Shown: positions 40,311 through 51,187 of the stretch, piece after piece
How the letters are laid out: the number at the start of each line of letters is the position of its first letter
How positions within the stretch are numbered: the first letter of the stretch is position 1
Assembly: GCA_051859245.1 (NCBI GenBank)
Contig: JBHYGA010000004.1
Coordinates: forward strand, 480,001-544,000
From: Gemmatimonadaceae bacterium
GTDB taxonomy: Bacteria > Gemmatimonadota > Gemmatimonadetes > Gemmatimonadales > Gemmatimonadaceae
Direction: 5' to 3'
DNA: 64,000 nt
The notes under the pieces: generated by a model
Database searches by the model: none
Seen by the model: only the letters and a program-made list of their open reading frames with translations
What the model was told of the DNA's origin: nothing
Translations under genes and position numbers: made by a program

Positions 40311-41602
40311 CGTCTGCCTCCCCAAATTGGGACAGAGCCAAGCGATCCTACGGTGAGGTGCCGACAGCGAATGACTGAGTCTAACCAACGAGTGGTCCGA
40401 GGATCCTTAAGCGTCGTGACCAATCTCCGGCAAGCGCTCAGCGATCGATCGTGCGGAACTACTACCAGCATATGATTCTCAACCGCCACAGGCTGCTCGC
40501 CCTTCACTATGGTGGCGACAGCACGATGAACGTCTCCCGGCCGTGAGGTTCTGCGTACCGCGACAAACGGAGGCTGTATTAGCGTGCCCATAAAGCGCCG
40601 TTTCGAAGCGGGTTGGGTAATTTCCCCCCATCTAGGTGCGCTCTTGGGCGTTAGATAGGGCTGCCACTTTCCACGATGCGGCGCGCGATACTCGACGACT
40701 GATCCCGTGCGAACCCTGTAGAGGTCACTGACTGTCAGCGTTTCGCCTTCTGAACTAGCCCTCACCCAGACCGCACTCGAACTCTCGCCCTGTCCACGGA
40801 TCGCGTGGAGTAGAAATACGTGCACGTCTGTTAACGAATCAAAGAGACCGTATTCTATCGTATCAACTCGGCCGGCAAGCGATTCAAGCTGCGCGCGCCA
40901 CGCTGCGTATCGCGAGCCGCTTCGGAGTACGTCAGGAAGTACGGCTACCATGCTGGTGCCTGCCCGCGCTTTCCTGAAGATAGATTCGGTGAACATAGCA
41001 GCAGAACTGACCTTCCCACGCCCCCACGAACAGTCACCTGGCGCCTCAATGTCGGTGAAGGGCGGATTCAACACGATATGCGTGACGTTGCTAAGATCGG
41101 TCTGTGCAGAAATTCCGTCGCCTCTCCGAATATTTGGAAACACGTCCTTCGGAAGAGCACACGCAGAGTTCACGCCGACACGACTAGCAGCCGCAATCGC
41201 CAGTCGCGCGCGGGCCGCCCCGACAAAAGGCTCATGGAGGTCAGTTCCTCGAAGCTGGTGGCCCCATGTGTTGATCGTGTCAATCAGGCCGCCCGTTGAA
41301 GTCAGCAGGTGACGACTGCACGCAATGAGGAGGTCTCCAGCACCACATGCTGGGTCCAGAATGACAGAGGCCGGGTTCAACTTGCGTTCAAACATCGAAA
41401 CGACGAGCTCCGCGAGAGTTGCACCAGTAAAGAATGCGCCCGCAGCCCTAAGCTCGCGAATCGGTACCAGTCGGCGGAGTTCTCGACCAGCGTGTCCGTC
41501 TAGAGTTGCCTCAATAGCACCTTTGTGAGCGTCGCCGTGCCTCGCAAAAATTTGCTCGGCTAGATGCCACATCTCTTTCGTAGCGGGCCGAAAAGCTTTC
41601 AC
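40307..41602 (-). CDS. N6-adenine DNA methyltransferase (gamma-class order)
   Basis: GAFFT (motif X), ILDPACGAG (motif I), VLNPPF (motif IV), C-terminal TRD-like region. Confidence 0.88.
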   Translation of the reverse strand: MKAFRPATKEMWHLAEQIFARHGDAHKGAIEATLDGHAGRELRRLVPIRELRAAGAFFTGATLAELVVSMFERKLNPASVILDPACGAGDLLIACSRHLLTSTGGLIDTINTWGHQLRGTDLHEPFVGAARARLAIAAASRVGVNSACALPKDVFPNIRRGDGISAQTDLSNVTHIVLNPPFTDIEAPGDCSWGRGKVSSAAMFTESIFRKARAGTSMVAVLPDVLRSGSRYAAWRAQLESLAGRVDTIEYGLFDSLTDVHVFLLHAIRGQGESSSAVWVRASSEGETLTVSDLYRVRTGSVVEYRAPHRGKWQPYLTPKSAPRWGEITQPASKRRFMGTLIQPPFVAVRRTSRPGDVHRAVATIVKGEQPVAVENHMLVVVPHDRSLSACRRLVTTLKDPRTTRWLDSVIRCRHLTVGSLGSVPIWGGRR

Positions 41603-42299
41603 TTGAGTTTCGCGAGTTGTCGTAGTTCGCTCCTCGCGCCACGTAAATGTGGCGGTCGAAGCGTGATCCGGAAAACTTCGCGAACGGCACTAGCAGCCCG
41701 CCGACTGCGGTATGCATTGATCGCGGGATTTGCGTCGGATCAAACGTCTTGCCCTGCGTCGTTTGGAACCTTGAACAGCTCATCTGGGTCGGGCACAAAC
41801 TTCATGAACGCGACCGATTGCCTCATGCACATAAAATCCACTGCAAGAGAGCAAACGATAAAGACAAATATGCGCCGTAAGCGGGCTCTGCAAAACCCTA
41901 CCACACGCACTCGACCGACTGAAAGCCGCAAAGGATGGCAGGCCGCGACGGCCGAGTGCAAGGCCGGCATCCCATGGATAGGCAAGGCGTCCAATTCATA
42001 TGTCTGGCCCTGGCTATGGGATGCAAACACAACGCAAGCGTGGGGGAAATGTCGGAGATGCAACCTTCAGCCCGACTCGCCACAACTAAATGCCCATTTC
42101 GAACAGAAGTTAGAAATGCGCTCTGTGTTCGCGCCACAACCACAGCCCGATGGTCGCACGCCTTGAGGGCGTTCAACATCGTGGCAAACTCGCAATCACC
42201 GCGGTTCGCCGACCAAGTCACATGCCCGCCCTCACATACGCTGTCATAGTGGGCGGCCGTATCAATTCACGCGTCTTCTCTCGCGCCTCACTCTTCGAG

Positions 42300-42560
42300 C
42301 GCCCAAGGGACGCCGGCCACGGACGCGACGTACCGTCTGCTGCATCGCCCTGCGGCATCAAATCGCGGGGCAACTTCTGCGAATCTCCCGACGCCATCTA
42401 CGCCAACATGACGATCAGCGTGGCGTTGTTGCGCAGGACTTCTGGCACAATCTTGTCGTACGTGTCGCGGTTGGTGTGCATGGTGGTGTTGCTGGAGTTC
42501 CAGTCGAGCGCGCCGGTGCCATTGCTAGGTGCCTTGGCACACACGAACGAGCGGCGTGCT
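42300..42560 (-). pseudogene. C-terminal fragment of an M28/carboxypeptidase-Q-like peptidase
   Basis: SFVCA...HTNRDTYDKI...NNATLIVMLA, in-frame TAG, then MASGD..KLPR; no N-terminus. Confidence 0.6.
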
Positions 42561-42605
42561 TGTTGACGCACAACAACGAATGACCGAACATGACACTCGG
42601 CGGCA

Positions 42606-43148
42606 TCACCGCGAACGAACCCAAGGTTCGTCGCAACTCGCAGTGGGTGTGCCGCGAATGCCGAGTTCCGTGGGTCGAGGCGAGCTCGCGCCTGCGCCAA
42701 CCGTGTACGCAACTCGCCCGCGCGCGTCGGTGAACGATACCGCGTCTCTGAGTGTGACCAGCTGCGATACGGCTTGCTTGCCCACCCGCGCCGGATCGTA
42801 GCGCCACCTCTTCAGAGTTTCGAGCAGGAGCGTCGCATACTCCTCCGATGTTGTGCGCATTACTTTCGCTGAACCCTTTCGCACCTCACCCGTGGAGTCG
42901 ACTACGAACTCGACGTCCACGCGCACGCAGCGCAGCCCGGACGGCGGCTGGAAGTTTGGCGTGGAAGACTTCTTCAGTTTGGCAGGTTTGTCTACGGCGC
43001 ACTGGCGATATACAGCCGCAGTGCCAAAGCGAAGCGTGTCGGTGACAGGTTCGCAGACCGCTGATGTATCAGCAGATTGGGCGCGACCAGGTGTAGCGGT
43101 CACGATTGCAGCGACGAGTGCCGTGAACAGGTGTCGAGTGCGAAGCAT
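42606..43148 (-). CDS. Secreted TonB C-terminal-like domain protein
   Basis: Signal peptide; VEFVVDSTG and WRYDPA motifs. Confidence 0.7.
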   Translation of the reverse strand: MLRTRHLFTALVAAIVTATPGRAQSADTSAVCEPVTDTLRFGTAAVYRQCAVDKPAKLKKSSTPNFQPPSGLRCVRVDVEFVVDSTGEVRKGSAKVMRTTSEEYATLLLETLKRWRYDPARVGKQAVSQLVTLRDAVSFTDARGRVAYTVGAGASSPRPTELGIRGTPTASCDEPWVRSR

Positions 43149-43349
43149 ATCTGAGTTACCGTGTGCAGAGTGAATCCGAATCTATCGAACCGCACCAGCG
43201 GCTCGCTTAGTGATCGGCAGAGCCAGGCCGTGCGCGCGATCATCTGAATCAAGTGCAATAACCGTCAGGCGCGTGGAGTCGATCGCGATCCAGTTGAAGA
43301 GAAAGCGCCAGTTGCTTGCGCCGGGTCGCTGGTCGGGCCACCGCACTCC

Positions 43350-43427
43350 GTATTGATGAGGTCGGTAGCGCAAGGTGTGATGAAGGCAGCGCGGTTGCCA
43401 TGTGACGGCAGCGCTGTATTCTTTGCG
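43350..43427 (+). repeat. Copy of ahcY stop and downstream hairpin region
   Basis: 71/78 nt match to 34947-35024 by manual alignment. Confidence 0.92.
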
Positions 43428-43789
43428 CGCAATGCAGTTTTTCTTCGAGAAGCTGAGCATGCTCAGAGGAAAAGGTGCGATGACACGTCACTTCGCATTC
43501 GCGGCCCGCTCGACATGAATCCGTCTTTGAGGATCGTCACACGGTCTGCGCGGTTGCAGCTAGGCGGCTTCTTGTGCTTTGGTTCAATGTTTGCAGCAGA
43601 AACGCTTCGCACTGCGCACTTTTGCTTGACGGGATAGATGATTGGTGCGAATGTTTTTCGGTTTCGTCGCCTCAGCAGTGACGCGGAATATGCAGCGACA
43701 ACGTCCGACGCAAACCGCCACCTGCGGTGATCGCCTGCTGTGCAGATACTCGTTAGCATGACTTCTCGAATCGCTCGCTTCAGAGGGAT

Positions 43790-44440
43790 ATGCGCAAGAA
43801 ACGATCAGTTATTTTCGCGAGTACTCTCAAGCGTTTCGTTGAGTCCGCCATCCTGCAGCATCCAATCGTCGTCCTAGGCTCGATGGTTGGGGCCTTCGGG
43901 ATGCTCAACGTACTGGATTCGATAGTAGTCGCGCACCTTGGTACTCCCTGGTCAATGATCCCCGCGTGGATGTACCAGCTGCTTGGAGTCTTTCGCGCCG
44001 TGGTCAAGCCGATGTTCGATACACTCGCGCACGTGCTCGGCATTACGATTTCTCCCGCGTGGCGCGATTACTTCACGATGGGCATAATCGTGGGCAGCAT
44101 GCGGTTTCGTTCAACAATGCACATTCGGCGCGCAGTGTTGACAGACCAGCTCACTCGCTACGACGAGCCGATCTTCGGACGTACGATCACCGTCACGAAG
44201 GCTTCCGCAATCCCGGCTTGGTTTGTGTTCTTCTGTTCGAGAGTTAGCTATGCGACTGCCTTCTGGCCCGCCAAGCTATTCGGTGCGGTGTATCGCTATC
44301 TCACAGGGCAGATGCGTACCGGCGGCGCCGGAGCCAAGAAGGCACAGGCACAAGACCAACAATACCTCGTCTTCTTCGGTGCCATCATATGGTTCCTGTT
44401 CATTCTTCTCGCGTTGGCCATTACCCGTGCGTCTCGATAG
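43790..44440 (+). CDS. Hypothetical membrane protein
   Basis: GAGGG RBS, 216 aa, several hydrophobic segments. Confidence 0.65.
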   Translation: MRKKRSVIFASTLKRFVESAILQHPIVVLGSMVGAFGMLNVLDSIVVAHLGTPWSMIPAWMYQLLGVFRAVVKPMFDTLAHVLGITISPAWRDYFTMGIIVGSMRFRSTMHIRRAVLTDQLTRYDEPIFGRTITVTKASAIPAWFVFFCSRVSYATAFWPAKLFGAVYRYLTGQMRTGGAGAKKAQAQDQQYLVFFGAIIWFLFILLALAITRASR

Positions 44441-44680
44441 TCGCTTGGCGGCATCACCTTCGGCTGCGGTCGCAACTTCGAATCGACAGTCGTCGTCGGC
44501 GCGCCGTCTAGCTCACCTCATGCAGAGGAAAGTTGGAGTCTTGTGAAGAAGCCAGAAGCCGTGTCTGTCATGCCGCAGGCCAACGACGCCTGCTGCCGAC
44601 GAGCTTAAGATCGGTTGCGGTTGTGGGAGTGCTAGCAGCGAAGCTCACCTTAAGCAGGAGACCTCATTTTTTGAGTAGCC

Positions 44681-45448
44681 ATGGATAGCGATGTAAAGCT
44701 GATCTCAGACTTGATTCATGGGCTAGGACTTACGCTTGCCACAGGCGTCGTGCTGATCGCCTTGATCGTAACGTTGGGTTGGCAGTACTTGAAAACGAGT
44801 GTTGAGAAGCGCGCCATTGCGGCGATCGACCGTGAACTGGATGCTCATCGTCAGCAACTCCAGCTTTCGGCCGACAGTGTTCGGCTCGACTTCCAACGAC
44901 GACTCGCCGATTTTGGGCTCTACAACGAACAGCGACATCGGTGTTATCGCCGACTTTTTCGCAGAGCGTTGGAAGCAGAGGGAGCACTTGGTAGTCAAGT
45001 TGGTGGCTTCATAGCTACGGACTTTTCAAATGCAACAAAGGATCAAGTCGCCGAGATCCTCGAACGGGCGGGAACCGCTGGGGAGGTGCGTGACGCGATT
45101 CTTGGCGTGTGGGAAGAGGATCGTTCTGCCGCAGATCGCCTGCTCGATGACGCGTTAAGACGGGCGCGGGAGCTTCGGGCACATCAATCATTTCAACGGT
45201 TCAAGAACGAGTTGCTCGTAAGCGATCTCTATGTTTCACAGACCGTTCGAGAATCGCTCATCCGTCTGAACCTTGTGCTTGCGTCCCTAAGCGCCCACAT
45301 CATGGTGCCCGACGACAGTGGAGTAAGGCCATTCGAACTGAAACAACAGGCATCCATGATGACGGCTGAGCTTAGAATCGCGATGGCAAATGACCTGTCG
45401 CGTGGAGACTATGGCGTTCCCGTCGACAGAACACTGCCGCGCGCGTAA
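44681..45448 (+). CDS. Hypothetical protein, N-terminal TM plus helical domain
   Basis: 255 aa ORF with TM at residues ~14-34 and coiled-coil-like segment. Confidence 0.7.
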   Translation: MDSDVKLISDLIHGLGLTLATGVVLIALIVTLGWQYLKTSVEKRAIAAIDRELDAHRQQLQLSADSVRLDFQRRLADFGLYNEQRHRCYRRLFRRALEAEGALGSQVGGFIATDFSNATKDQVAEILERAGTAGEVRDAILGVWEEDRSAADRLLDDALRRARELRAHQSFQRFKNELLVSDLYVSQTVRESLIRLNLVLASLSAHIMVPDDSGVRPFELKQQASMMTAELRIAMANDLSRGDYGVPVDRTLPRA

Positions 45449-45644
45449 CAGTTGATTGTACGACGGCTCGCACGGCTTGCTGCGTGCATCCTGTTGCAGC
45501 GCTCTGCAGCGAGCCTCGTGCGCTACACGGCGTGCGATTTGGTTCGTGTTGATTTGATCAAGCTTTTCGACATTATGGCACAAACGGTGTGGTGTTCATG
45601 CGGTTCTTCGCATACGTCGCCTTTCGAAATCATCCGGTGTCTGA

Positions 45645-46742
45645 ATGACTGACGTCCACTTCGCGAGACGAAGTCTTGCCCTTGTTGCACTGCTTGTCTT
45701 CGCTGCATGTGGGACCACCAACAGTGATACCGATTCCGAAGCGCCGCGCTTGGTCGAGCTTGAGGAGGCGCTCGCTGCGGGAACGGTGCTGCGGCTGGGC
45801 GCAGCGGACGGTCCGCAATCCATTGGCGCGGTGATGGCCGCGCGGATTACGCCGGATGGGTCACGGATCGTTGTGCTCGATCGCGAGCCGCCATATCTGA
45901 AAGTGTTTCGGCGTGACGGCACTCCGGAGGGGCAGTACGTCGCGCGCGGAAGCGGTCCGCAAGAGATGTCTGAAGTGTCCACCATGGCCGTTGATAACGA
46001 ACGAGCCTTTATCGTTGGTCCGTATGCACTGCTGGTGACGACACTGGATGGGTCAGTCAGCGAGAGAGTTGTGCCGGACTTTCCGCTGTTCGATATCGGC
46101 ACGGACTGCGCCGGACGCGTGATCGGCTACGGGCCGCGCGGCGATCCTGAACCACAGTTCCTGCACCAGCTCGCCGTTGATTCCACCGTGGCGGTGACTC
46201 GCTCAACGCTGCAGGGTCAGCGGACAGAACGCATGGCGTGGGGATTCGGACGATCGAGTGTGGTGCGTGCCTCGGCCGGCAGCGTGATCAACCACCGTGA
46301 AGAGGGCTTCAGTACGCCTGTGTTTCTGTCTTGCGACGGCGACACCTCGGCGCGGGGCTGGTCGTGGGCAGCGGCCGAGTTCCCTTCGAGACGGGACGCG
46401 CAGCGAGGACAGGAGTTGCGCGACGGTTCTACCGCTCAACTCACGTTTGACGCGACCGTGCCGATTAATGTGGGGGCAGCCGAGCTCGCCAACGGACGGC
46501 TTTTGTGGCTTGAGCAGCGGCTGATGTTCTCGGGCAAGAGGGAGATGGACGTGCGGTTGGACTGGTTTCTGGCGGATTCTGCGGGGCTGCGGCGTGGGTA
46601 CACATCCCAGTCCTATGTGCTCCAGGATGTCGGCGCTGGTTTGATGTTGATTTCGACGGACGAGCCGTGGTCACAGGTGTTGTTGGTCCCCGCTGACGCG
46701 GTGGAGCAGCTGCTTGGCCGAGGTTCGTGGAAGGCACGCTGA
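45645..46742 (+). CDS. Beta-propeller-like lipoprotein
   Basis: FAAC lipobox; ARGSGPQEM motif. Confidence 0.65.
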   Translation: MTDVHFARRSLALVALLVFAACGTTNSDTDSEAPRLVELEEALAAGTVLRLGAADGPQSIGAVMAARITPDGSRIVVLDREPPYLKVFRRDGTPEGQYVARGSGPQEMSEVSTMAVDNERAFIVGPYALLVTTLDGSVSERVVPDFPLFDIGTDCAGRVIGYGPRGDPEPQFLHQLAVDSTVAVTRSTLQGQRTERMAWGFGRSSVVRASAGSVINHREEGFSTPVFLSCDGDTSARGWSWAAAEFPSRRDAQRGQELRDGSTAQLTFDATVPINVGAAELANGRLLWLEQRLMFSGKREMDVRLDWFLADSAGLRRGYTSQSYVLQDVGAGLMLISTDEPWSQVLLVPADAVEQLLGRGSWKAR

Positions 46743-46902
46743 CCCGTCGTTTTTGGTGTTTGTTCGGATATTTGCTATATTTATGGAATCGGCCAGTTGC
46801 GGGCATTCGACTCGCCGCACCCCCACCTGCCAGGCCGCTCCTTGTAGGGGCGTGCTCACTACGCCGTCAATAACTACTCCCGTCGCCAGACTCAGCGCAC
46901 GC

Positions 46903-47919
46903 ATGAACGACCTGATTCTGTACACCACCGACGATGGGCGCAGTCAGATCAGGCTGCGGGCCAAAGACCAAACCGTTTGGCTAACGCAGCGCGAAATGGC
47001 GGAGCTGTTCAATGTCAGTTCCGACAACGTCGGCGTGCATCTCAAGAACATCTTCGAGGACGGCGAGCTAAATCGGGCGGCAACTACCGAGGAATCCTCG
47101 GTAGTTCAAACCGAAGGCAGCCGCGAGGTGCAACGTCCAGTCACGCTCTACAACCTCGACGCCATTCTCGCGGTCGGCTACCGCGTGCGTTCGCCGCGCG
47201 GTGTGCAGTTCCGTCGCTGGGCCTCAGTCATCCTCAAGGAGTTCCTGACCAAAGGCTTCGTGATGGACGACGAACGCTTGAAGAATCCGGATGGCCGTCC
47301 GGATTTCTTCGACGAGATGCTGGAGCGCATCCGGGATATACGCGCCTCGGAAAAGCGTTTCTATCAGAAAGTGCGCGATCTCTTTGCGCTATCCATCGAA
47401 TACGACAAGACCGACTCCGCTACACAGCAGTTCTTCGCGACGGTGCAAAATCTGTTGATCTTCGCAGTGACGCAAAAAACGGCGGTTGAACTCATTACCG
47501 CTCGTGCTAATCCCGACGATCCGCACTTCGGTCTGCTGGCGTGGAAGGGCGACAAGGTGCGCAAGGCCGACATTGTCGTCGCGAAGAATTACCTCACCGA
47601 AGACGAGATCGATACGCTCAACCGGTTGGTGGTCATCTTCCTCGAAACCGCCGAGCTGCGCGCCAAGAGCAAACAGGAAACGCGCATGGCGTTCTGGAAG
47701 CAGAACGTAGATCAGATCATCAGCTCGAACGGATTTCCGCTGCTCACGCACGCGGGATCTGTCAGTCACGAACAAATAGAAGCGCGCACAGGCGAGTTAT
47801 ATCTCGCGTTCGATCAGCAGCGCAAAACTCTCGAGGCGCAGAAAGCTGATGAGCAAGATGCAGCGGACCTGGAAGCGCTGGAGTCCACCATCAAGCGGCG
47901 TACGAAGCAACTACGCTAA
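46903..47919 (+). CDS. rhuM: Virulence RhuM family protein
   Basis: TVWLTQREMAELF, YNLDAILAVGYRVRSPRG.QFRRWA, IRDIRASEKRFYQKV, AKNYL. Confidence 0.92.
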   Translation: MNDLILYTTDDGRSQIRLRAKDQTVWLTQREMAELFNVSSDNVGVHLKNIFEDGELNRAATTEESSVVQTEGSREVQRPVTLYNLDAILAVGYRVRSPRGVQFRRWASVILKEFLTKGFVMDDERLKNPDGRPDFFDEMLERIRDIRASEKRFYQKVRDLFALSIEYDKTDSATQQFFATVQNLLIFAVTQKTAVELITARANPDDPHFGLLAWKGDKVRKADIVVAKNYLTEDEIDTLNRLVVIFLETAELRAKSKQETRMAFWKQNVDQIISSNGFPLLTHAGSVSHEQIEARTGELYLAFDQQRKTLEAQKADEQDAADLEALESTIKRRTKQLR

Positions 47920-47949
47920 GCGGAGCAGGCGCAAGTTCATCGCTGCCTT

Positions 47950-48594
47950 TCAGCCGATCGTAGCGCGCAGACCCACTCCGAAAGTCGCGGTCCACGGGCG
48001 AAACGCGCGTGGACCACTCACGGTCTTGATCAGACCTAAGTTTGTCGTGAGTCCAATGCGGCTTCGAGCGGGAATGCGAAGCGACACGCCCCCAGAAACG
48101 GCTATGCCGTTTTCAGAATACCGCGCAGCAGCGGTCGATCTTTCCGCCTCATGTCGGGCGTGACCAGCGCCAGCGTTGAGGGTGAGACTTTGCAGAGCAG
48201 GCAGCGAGTACTGGCCGATCAAGAGCACATACTTGCTAGACTGATTGTACTCAAAACTGAACTGCTGAAACATTCGCCCCGCGATGCCGATAGCCAGTCC
48301 TTGCCCCAGCTTCACCCCAACCACGGCCTCAACCGCTGGTCCTGCAGCTCGAGCATTCGACGGACAGCCCGTGCAGTTTGCCGGCTGAACATCCCATGCG
48401 ACGCCCACCGATGCAAAGGCACGACCCTCCTCAGCAGTCGCCGATTGGGCCCGCAGAGGTTTGTCACTAAGCATCAGCGCCAACAGCGGAACGAAGAGAA
48501 AGCCGACCACCTTCAATGCCAGCGCGCGGGATAGCGAGGCGCGGTGACCGAATCTTGACGCGAACGTAGCGCTCAGCTCGTGACCTGTCGCCAT
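47950..48594 (-). CDS. Putative outer-membrane beta-barrel protein
   Basis: Signal peptide, alternating amphipathic beta strands, CTGC near mature N-terminus. Confidence 0.55.
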   Translation of the reverse strand: MATGHELSATFASRFGHRASLSRALALKVVGFLFVPLLALMLSDKPLRAQSATAEEGRAFASVGVAWDVQPANCTGCPSNARAAGPAVEAVVGVKLGQGLAIGIAGRMFQQFSFEYNQSSKYVLLIGQYSLPALQSLTLNAGAGHARHEAERSTAAARYSENGIAVSGGVSLRIPARSRIGLTTNLGLIKTVSGPRAFRPWTATFGVGLRATIG

Positions 48595-48744
48595 GGTAAC
48601 TCCCGTTGACGCTTGTGTTGGAGAAATCTTTCTTCAGCTTCTCGCTGACCCTTACGCAGATGGCGCAAAAATTCAGTAGGCTAGCTCCGTCGAACGCTCC
48701 GACTTTCCGTGGTGGTTTGTCGTCGGCAGTCATCGCGTAGATGC

Positions 48745-50847
48745 CTACCGACCTGGCCGCTGGTCGAAGCAAGTTGCTCCTGAAACCACACTGATTTCCT
48801 GCGGCACAAATGCGATCCCCGATGCCGCGTCTGTTACCTTGAGCAGAATCGTAACGGCGCCGGAGGCAGGGGTTCCGAGGCTTAGCGAGGAACCGGTGCT
48901 CTGCAGCATGGAGTTCACATACCACTCGTATGCATAGGGCTCGACTCCATTTGCGGCTCCGGCAAAATAGTTGCAACTAGAGTTCGGAGGAACTTCCGTG
49001 GCGCCGGATATTGTTGCGGACATGGGAGGCGGAGGTGGTGGATCGCCAGGATACCCCCTCTCTGTGGGATAACATTGCTGCGGAGAGGAGCAGACCAGTA
49101 CTGACATCTTTCGTGGATCGTCGGTGCCGAGCACCTGGTCAAGCACGGACATTTCCACCGTCGAGCGATACGGCATGTTGTCGAATGCCGGTAGAAACCG
49201 TATCGATCTCCTCGACTGCCAATACGTGTTGCCGGAGCCATCAGAGATGGCTCCTTCCACCGCATTCGTGACAATCTGCTCTGGCTTGCCGACCCATTGG
49301 GCAGCATAGGAACCGGAGCCGCCAAAACCCGCTGGTGGCGAGTTGATCACAGCGGATGCCCGCACAAAGGGATAGTAGTCCTGCGAGTTTATGGTGTTCG
49401 TGTAGTGGACTAATAAGCCTTTGAGCTGCGACACGCATGGACCACCGACTGCTGCGGAGACGTTGACCATTGCCATGCGCCATGAGGGTGCTCCCCCGCA
49501 CTGCGCACCGGTCGAAGTTTTCATGATTTGATCCATCACCTGCCGAGCGCTGAACGATGGGAAACGATGCCGGACGAGCGCAGCGACTCCACCGATGAAG
49601 CCGGTGGACGCAGATGATCCGTTTATGCTAAGAAGACCGGGCACGAGTCCCACGGTCGCGAGCGCGGTGTAGGCGACAACGCCGGATTTGCTGCCATAGT
49701 CGTACATGTTGGACGGCCGGCTCCCGTCACTGTTTGCCCCACTCACTGCCAGCACCTCCTCCTTCGAGGCTGGGAACACTGCGGTGTTGATTTGAGGACA
49801 GTTTCCCCCAATCGGACACGTTCCCGCTGCACCGACAAACACCACATCGCGTTCATAATGGTGATAGTCAATCACATCGCTAAGGAACTCAGAGAAGTTG
49901 GTCCCGGGTACGAATCCGAAGGCCATTATAACTACGCCTGCCCCGGTGCTGGCCGCGGTATCAACTGCTACTCCTGAAATAAATCCATTGGGTGAAGTGA
50001 CGGCGTTGCCCTGTCCGACTGAAATGAGGCTCGCACCGTACGCAACGCCAACACTTCGTGTGCCATTCATCGGACCAACTGCGAGAGATGCGATACGAGT
50101 GCCGTGAGAGCAACTCGGATAGCCATCTTGGACCACTTCAAGGGTGCGTGGGATTGGTCCAGATGAGAACCCGGAGCCAAACTCGCCGTCTCCCCAACCC
50201 AAGCCGGTGTCAACCATTCCCACCTTTACGCCTTGGCCAGTCGCGAGCTTCCAGCCATTCGGGACGTTCATCCCGTCAGCATCGTAAGTGGAGGCTACCA
50301 GATCCCCACTCGGCAGTAGCAGGGTCGGATCAGAAAACTGCGAATCACCACCACTGCTACCGGACTCACAACCGTCTCCGCTCGCCAGCGAGATCCGAAA
50401 GTAGGTGGGTTCTACGTAGTCGACGAACGGAAGCTGGCGGAGCCGTGCGAGGGCGCCGCGGCTGCCCAACTTGATACGGACAACAGGATATCGCAGCGAG
50501 TCAATCGCAAGAATCTTTACTTCCCGTTCTTGCCTTACTGCCGAGAGCGCGAGCTTCCATCGCTGCTGCGAAATTGCAATTCGCCCACGCACCATGCCGC
50601 GTGCCGTACCGACCTCCTTTAGTCCAACAATAACGCTACTGTCGATCTGAGAGCTCAAAATCCAGATGATGGAGTCCGATAAACTCCTCCGGTCGCCTTG
50701 GCCTGAGATTTGAGCGACTTGCTGGCCATCAAGGACGTTAGCGCTAAGCTGGGGGTCTGCAGAGGTAGTGGTATCGGGGCGACATGCGGACAGCAAACAG
50801 AACAGGAACAGTACCCACACTTGCGACGCACGTAGAAGCCAATTCAT
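48745..50847 (-). CDS. S8 subtilisin-like serine peptidase lipoprotein with C-terminal PKD/Ig-like domain
   Basis: LSAC lipobox; VDTG (Asp), SHGT (His), AAG, NGSSAST (Ser); poly-Pro linker. Confidence 0.82.
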   Translation of the reverse strand: MNWLLRASQVWVLFLFCLLSACRPDTTTSADPQLSANVLDGQQVAQISGQGDRRSLSDSIIWILSSQIDSSVIVGLKEVGTARGMVRGRIAISQQRWKLALSAVRQEREVKILAIDSLRYPVVRIKLGSRGALARLRQLPFVDYVEPTYFRISLASGDGCESGSSGGDSQFSDPTLLLPSGDLVASTYDADGMNVPNGWKLATGQGVKVGMVDTGLGWGDGEFGSGFSSGPIPRTLEVVQDGYPSCSHGTRIASLAVGPMNGTRSVGVAYGASLISVGQGNAVTSPNGFISGVAVDTAASTGAGVVIMAFGFVPGTNFSEFLSDVIDYHHYERDVVFVGAAGTCPIGGNCPQINTAVFPASKEEVLAVSGANSDGSRPSNMYDYGSKSGVVAYTALATVGLVPGLLSINGSSASTGFIGGVAALVRHRFPSFSARQVMDQIMKTSTGAQCGGAPSWRMAMVNVSAAVGGPCVSQLKGLLVHYTNTINSQDYYPFVRASAVINSPPAGFGGSGSYAAQWVGKPEQIVTNAVEGAISDGSGNTYWQSRRSIRFLPAFDNMPYRSTVEMSVLDQVLGTDDPRKMSVLVCSSPQQCYPTERGYPGDPPPPPPMSATISGATEVPPNSSCNYFAGAANGVEPYAYEWYVNSMLQSTGSSLSLGTPASGAVTILLKVTDAASGIAFVPQEISVVSGATCFDQRPGR

Positions 50848-51187
50848 CAGTTTCTCGTAGAAACCTGTATGTGATTTACATCTGACAGTTCGAGCGGAGT
50901 TCCTTCATGTAGCGTCGCGCGGATTACTCACTCGCTGCACTTGGAAAAAAGCTCTTTGTATATCGCCGCTAGAACAACAGGCCGCTATTAGCCCGCGGGG
51001 GTATTGGTACGATCGGGCGGCCTGTGAACCGTTTGCCGCCGCCTCCATATGACACATCACAAACTGGTGCCTCATTTTGTTGCCTGCTACGTCAAGAGCG
51101 AGCGAGCACGGGGGTGATCCGAATAGTCGTCCTCTTGCTCTGTGTCAAAGAATGAGCACCGCGGCAAGTGCAGCAGCTGCCATCCTA

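Noticed and set aside
41564..42290. Several 100-200 aa ORFs upstream of the methyltransferase
   Set aside because: No recognisable motifs, they overlap each other and composition is atypical; treated as intergenic or decayed
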